Made by a program: the position numbers and the translations under genes
IMG/VR virus record: IMGVR_UViG_3300027732_000002
Reading direction: 5' to 3' (one strand)
DNA: 35,571 nucleotides
Origin: an uncultured virus (IMG/VR IMGVR_UViG_3300027732_000002)
Taxonomy: Duplodnaviria; Heunggongvirae; Uroviricota; Caudoviricetes
The notes under the pieces: generated by a model
The model's database searches: none
Told to the model about the DNA's origin: nothing
The model's input: only the letters and a program-made list of their open reading frames with translations
Shown here: piece after piece, positions 34,151 through 35,571 of the stretch
Layout of the letters: each line of letters begins with the position of its first letter
Position numbering within the stretch: position 1 is the stretch's first letter

Positions 34151-34471
34151 TTAACCGATTTTCGCCAACACCTTTTGCAGTGCCGACTTCGATGCCTTGG
34201 TGAGCGAATCAGCCTCGGCCTCGGTCAGTCCACACACCGCAGCCAGTCGGTCAGCCAGATCATCCTTACGGGTTACAGGCTCACCAGTCTTGGTGACTGG
34301 TGCAGCCTTTTGGTACACGCCCTCGCGTGACAACTTGGCAACCACAGATCGCACGCTCTTGCCAAACTCAACAGCCAAACCCTCGACAGTCTCGCGCGTC
34401 GGGGCCGACAGATAAGCCTCCAGCATGGTGTTGGTTTGCTCGTCGGTATAGTTCACAATTTTTTCAGCCAT
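34151..34471 (-). CDS. T5 A2-like DNA-binding protein (paralogue 4)
   Basis: NYTDEQT..KSVRSVVAKLSREGVYQK..TKTGEP..DSLTKASK; GGAG RBS. Confidence 0.8.
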   Translation of the reverse strand: MAEKIVNYTDEQTNTMLEAYLSAPTRETVEGLAVEFGKSVRSVVAKLSREGVYQKAAPVTKTGEPVTRKDDLADRLAAVCGLTEAEADSLTKASKSALQKVLAKIG

Positions 34472-34575
34472 TATTTGCTCCAGTTAAAAAAGTAAAGAAA
34501 GAGGGGAAACCCTATGATAGCAGCAGCGGTACAAGCCTGCAAGAAAAAACGCATCTTAGCGTACAGCGTCATCAT
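34471..34575 (-). CDS. Small hydrophobic peptide (34 aa)
   Basis: Read manually: MMTLYAKMRFFLQAC...; coupled at both ends. Confidence 0.45.
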   Translation of the reverse strand: MMTLYAKMRFFLQACTAAAIIGFPLFLYFFNWSK

Positions 34576-34817
34576 GCGAAAAACTCCATGTCGAAACCTT
34601 CGGCCTCTTGCTCGTCCATGTATCGGATCTCGTCCCGAGCCTCGGTGATGAGATCGAACATCATCTGTTCGGCATCCATCATCTCATCGAAAGCCCCATC
34701 ACCGCTAGGGTTCAGCGAGTATTCAACGCAACGATTAGCGTAGGCGATAGCAGCATCAGCCAGATCACGGCGAAGGCTCAGAGCAAGCACGTTGTTTTGG
34801 GTAGCGTTCATTTTCAT
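34572..34817 (-). CDS. Acidic hypothetical protein
   Basis: AAGGAG RBS, 81 aa. Confidence 0.7.
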   Translation of the reverse strand: MKMNATQNNVLALSLRRDLADAAIAYANRCVEYSLNPSGDGAFDEMMDAEQMMFDLITEARDEIRYMDEQEAEGFDMEFFA

Positions 34818-34824
34818 TTTCTCC

Positions 34825-34980
34825 TTAGGTGATGATGAGGTCGATCATTTCGAGGTCACAGAATAACACAAGCCAGTCAAGATCGCAAGTGTCGCCAGCA
34901 TCAAATTCCATGCTAGTCGAGGACACCACGCTGACTTGGTTGTTGTCGAACAGATTCTTGACAGCAGTTACTTGGTACAT
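34825..34980 (-). CDS. Small acidic hypothetical protein (51 aa)
   Basis: Read manually: MYQVTAVKNLFD...; AAGGGA RBS; promoter TTGACA-17-CATAAT upstream. Confidence 0.55.
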   Translation of the reverse strand: MYQVTAVKNLFDNNQVSVVSSTSMEFDAGDTCDLDWLVLFCDLEMIDLIIT

Positions 34981-35072
34981 TTCGTTCCCTTTCTTGATTC
35001 GATGGATCTATTATGATCAAAATTCAGGCTCATGTCAACACCTATTTTTTGTGGGGTTATTAGCCAGGCGGC

Positions 35073-35153
35073 CCAGGTTAACCGTGTAAAGTGTGCAAAC
35101 TACGTTAGCCAGGTTAACCGTGTAAAGTGTGCAAACTACGTTAGCCAGGTTAA
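35073..35153 (+). repeat. 36-nt tandem repeat, 2.25 copies
   Basis: Unit CCAGGTTAACCGTGTAAAGTGTGCAAACTACGTTAG. Confidence 0.9.
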
Positions 35154-35358
35154 GTAGTTAAACTGATTTGATTGAGTAAAGTGGCCAAAGTGATGTGCAA
35201 GGGTAAGTCCCTATTGACGGGGGAGGGGCGGGTGTGGTAGACTAGGGGGGTTCGGAGACTGGTTGAACTCTGTAACGCGGGGGCCCACCCACACGGCCAA
35301 CTTCAAAAAATTTCCACACAACTTTCGGTGCCAACCCACCCCCAAAAAATTTTCATAC

Positions 35359-35387
35359 TTGCAAAAACTTTCCCAACCTGCTATAAT
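35359..35387 (+). promoter_or_regulatory. sigma70-type promoter for terS
   Basis: TTGCAA-17-TATAAT with an extended -10. Confidence 0.7.
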
Positions 35388-35415
35388 GATCTCTCAACTA
35401 CAATAATAATCCCAA

Positions 35416-35571
35416 ATGTTGCCCACAATTCTCCCAAATAGTCACCCCGCGGAACCTCTCCAAATTTCTCCGGAAGCCCTCGAAGTGGCTAACAGCTATC
35501 TCACAAGCCAATCTCACCAAAAAGTGGCTGAAGACCTAGACTTGCCCGAGACCGTAGTGCTGGGCTACCTA
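35416..35571 (+). CDS. terS: Terminase small subunit, T5-like (partial, runs off window)
   Basis: Read manually: MLPTILPNSHPAEPLQISPEALEVANSYL...VAEDLDL resembles the remembered T5 TerS N-terminus (SPEGMDVIEAYL). Confidence 0.7.
   Translation, partial: MLPTILPNSHPAEPLQISPEALEVANSYLTSQSHQKVAEDLDLPETVVLGYL

Noticed and set aside
1..35571. Stop-codon recoding or suppressor tRNA
   Set aside because: Genes are full-length under the standard code, all three stop codons are used, and no CTA/TCA/TTA anticodon was found.

Overview
Fragment of a T5-like lytic siphophage genome (Demerecviridae-type gene content and order, recognised from remembered T5 proteins, not from a database search). The host is probably a betaproteobacterium, inferred from the tmRNA tag. 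From left to right: (1) 1-10 kb, minus strand: replication module with family A polymerase, primase, DnaB-like helicase, D5, split NAD-dependent ligase, a PC4-like protein, D2 and D3. (2) 10-24 kb, minus strand: tRNA and accessory region with 13 tRNAs, a permuted two-piece tmRNA (tag ANDLQFALAA) close to a ClpP gene, ThyX, a Zn deaminase, a metallophosphoesterase, a C5-MTase-like protein, UvsE, Dps, a dATP/dGTP diphosphohydrolase, and several ncRNA candidates closed by long stems. (3) 24.2-28.6 kb, plus strand: small early genes including a stand-alone HigA-N-like peptide, a LapG/BTLCP-like protease and a SleB-like hydrolase. (4) 28.6-35.3 kb: a putative pre-early/first-step-transfer region (dmp homologue, A2-like paralogues, DEDDh exonuclease, SprT) built from repeated promoter-plus-palindrome cassettes, with a dense repeat block at about 29.0-29.7 kb that may be an injection-stop signal. 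(5) The start of the terminase small subunit at the right edge. The most unusual signals are the antisense promoter-GGCGC-palindrome cassettes together with four A2 paralogues, the stem-closed pseudoknotted RNA cassettes, and the permuted tmRNA.
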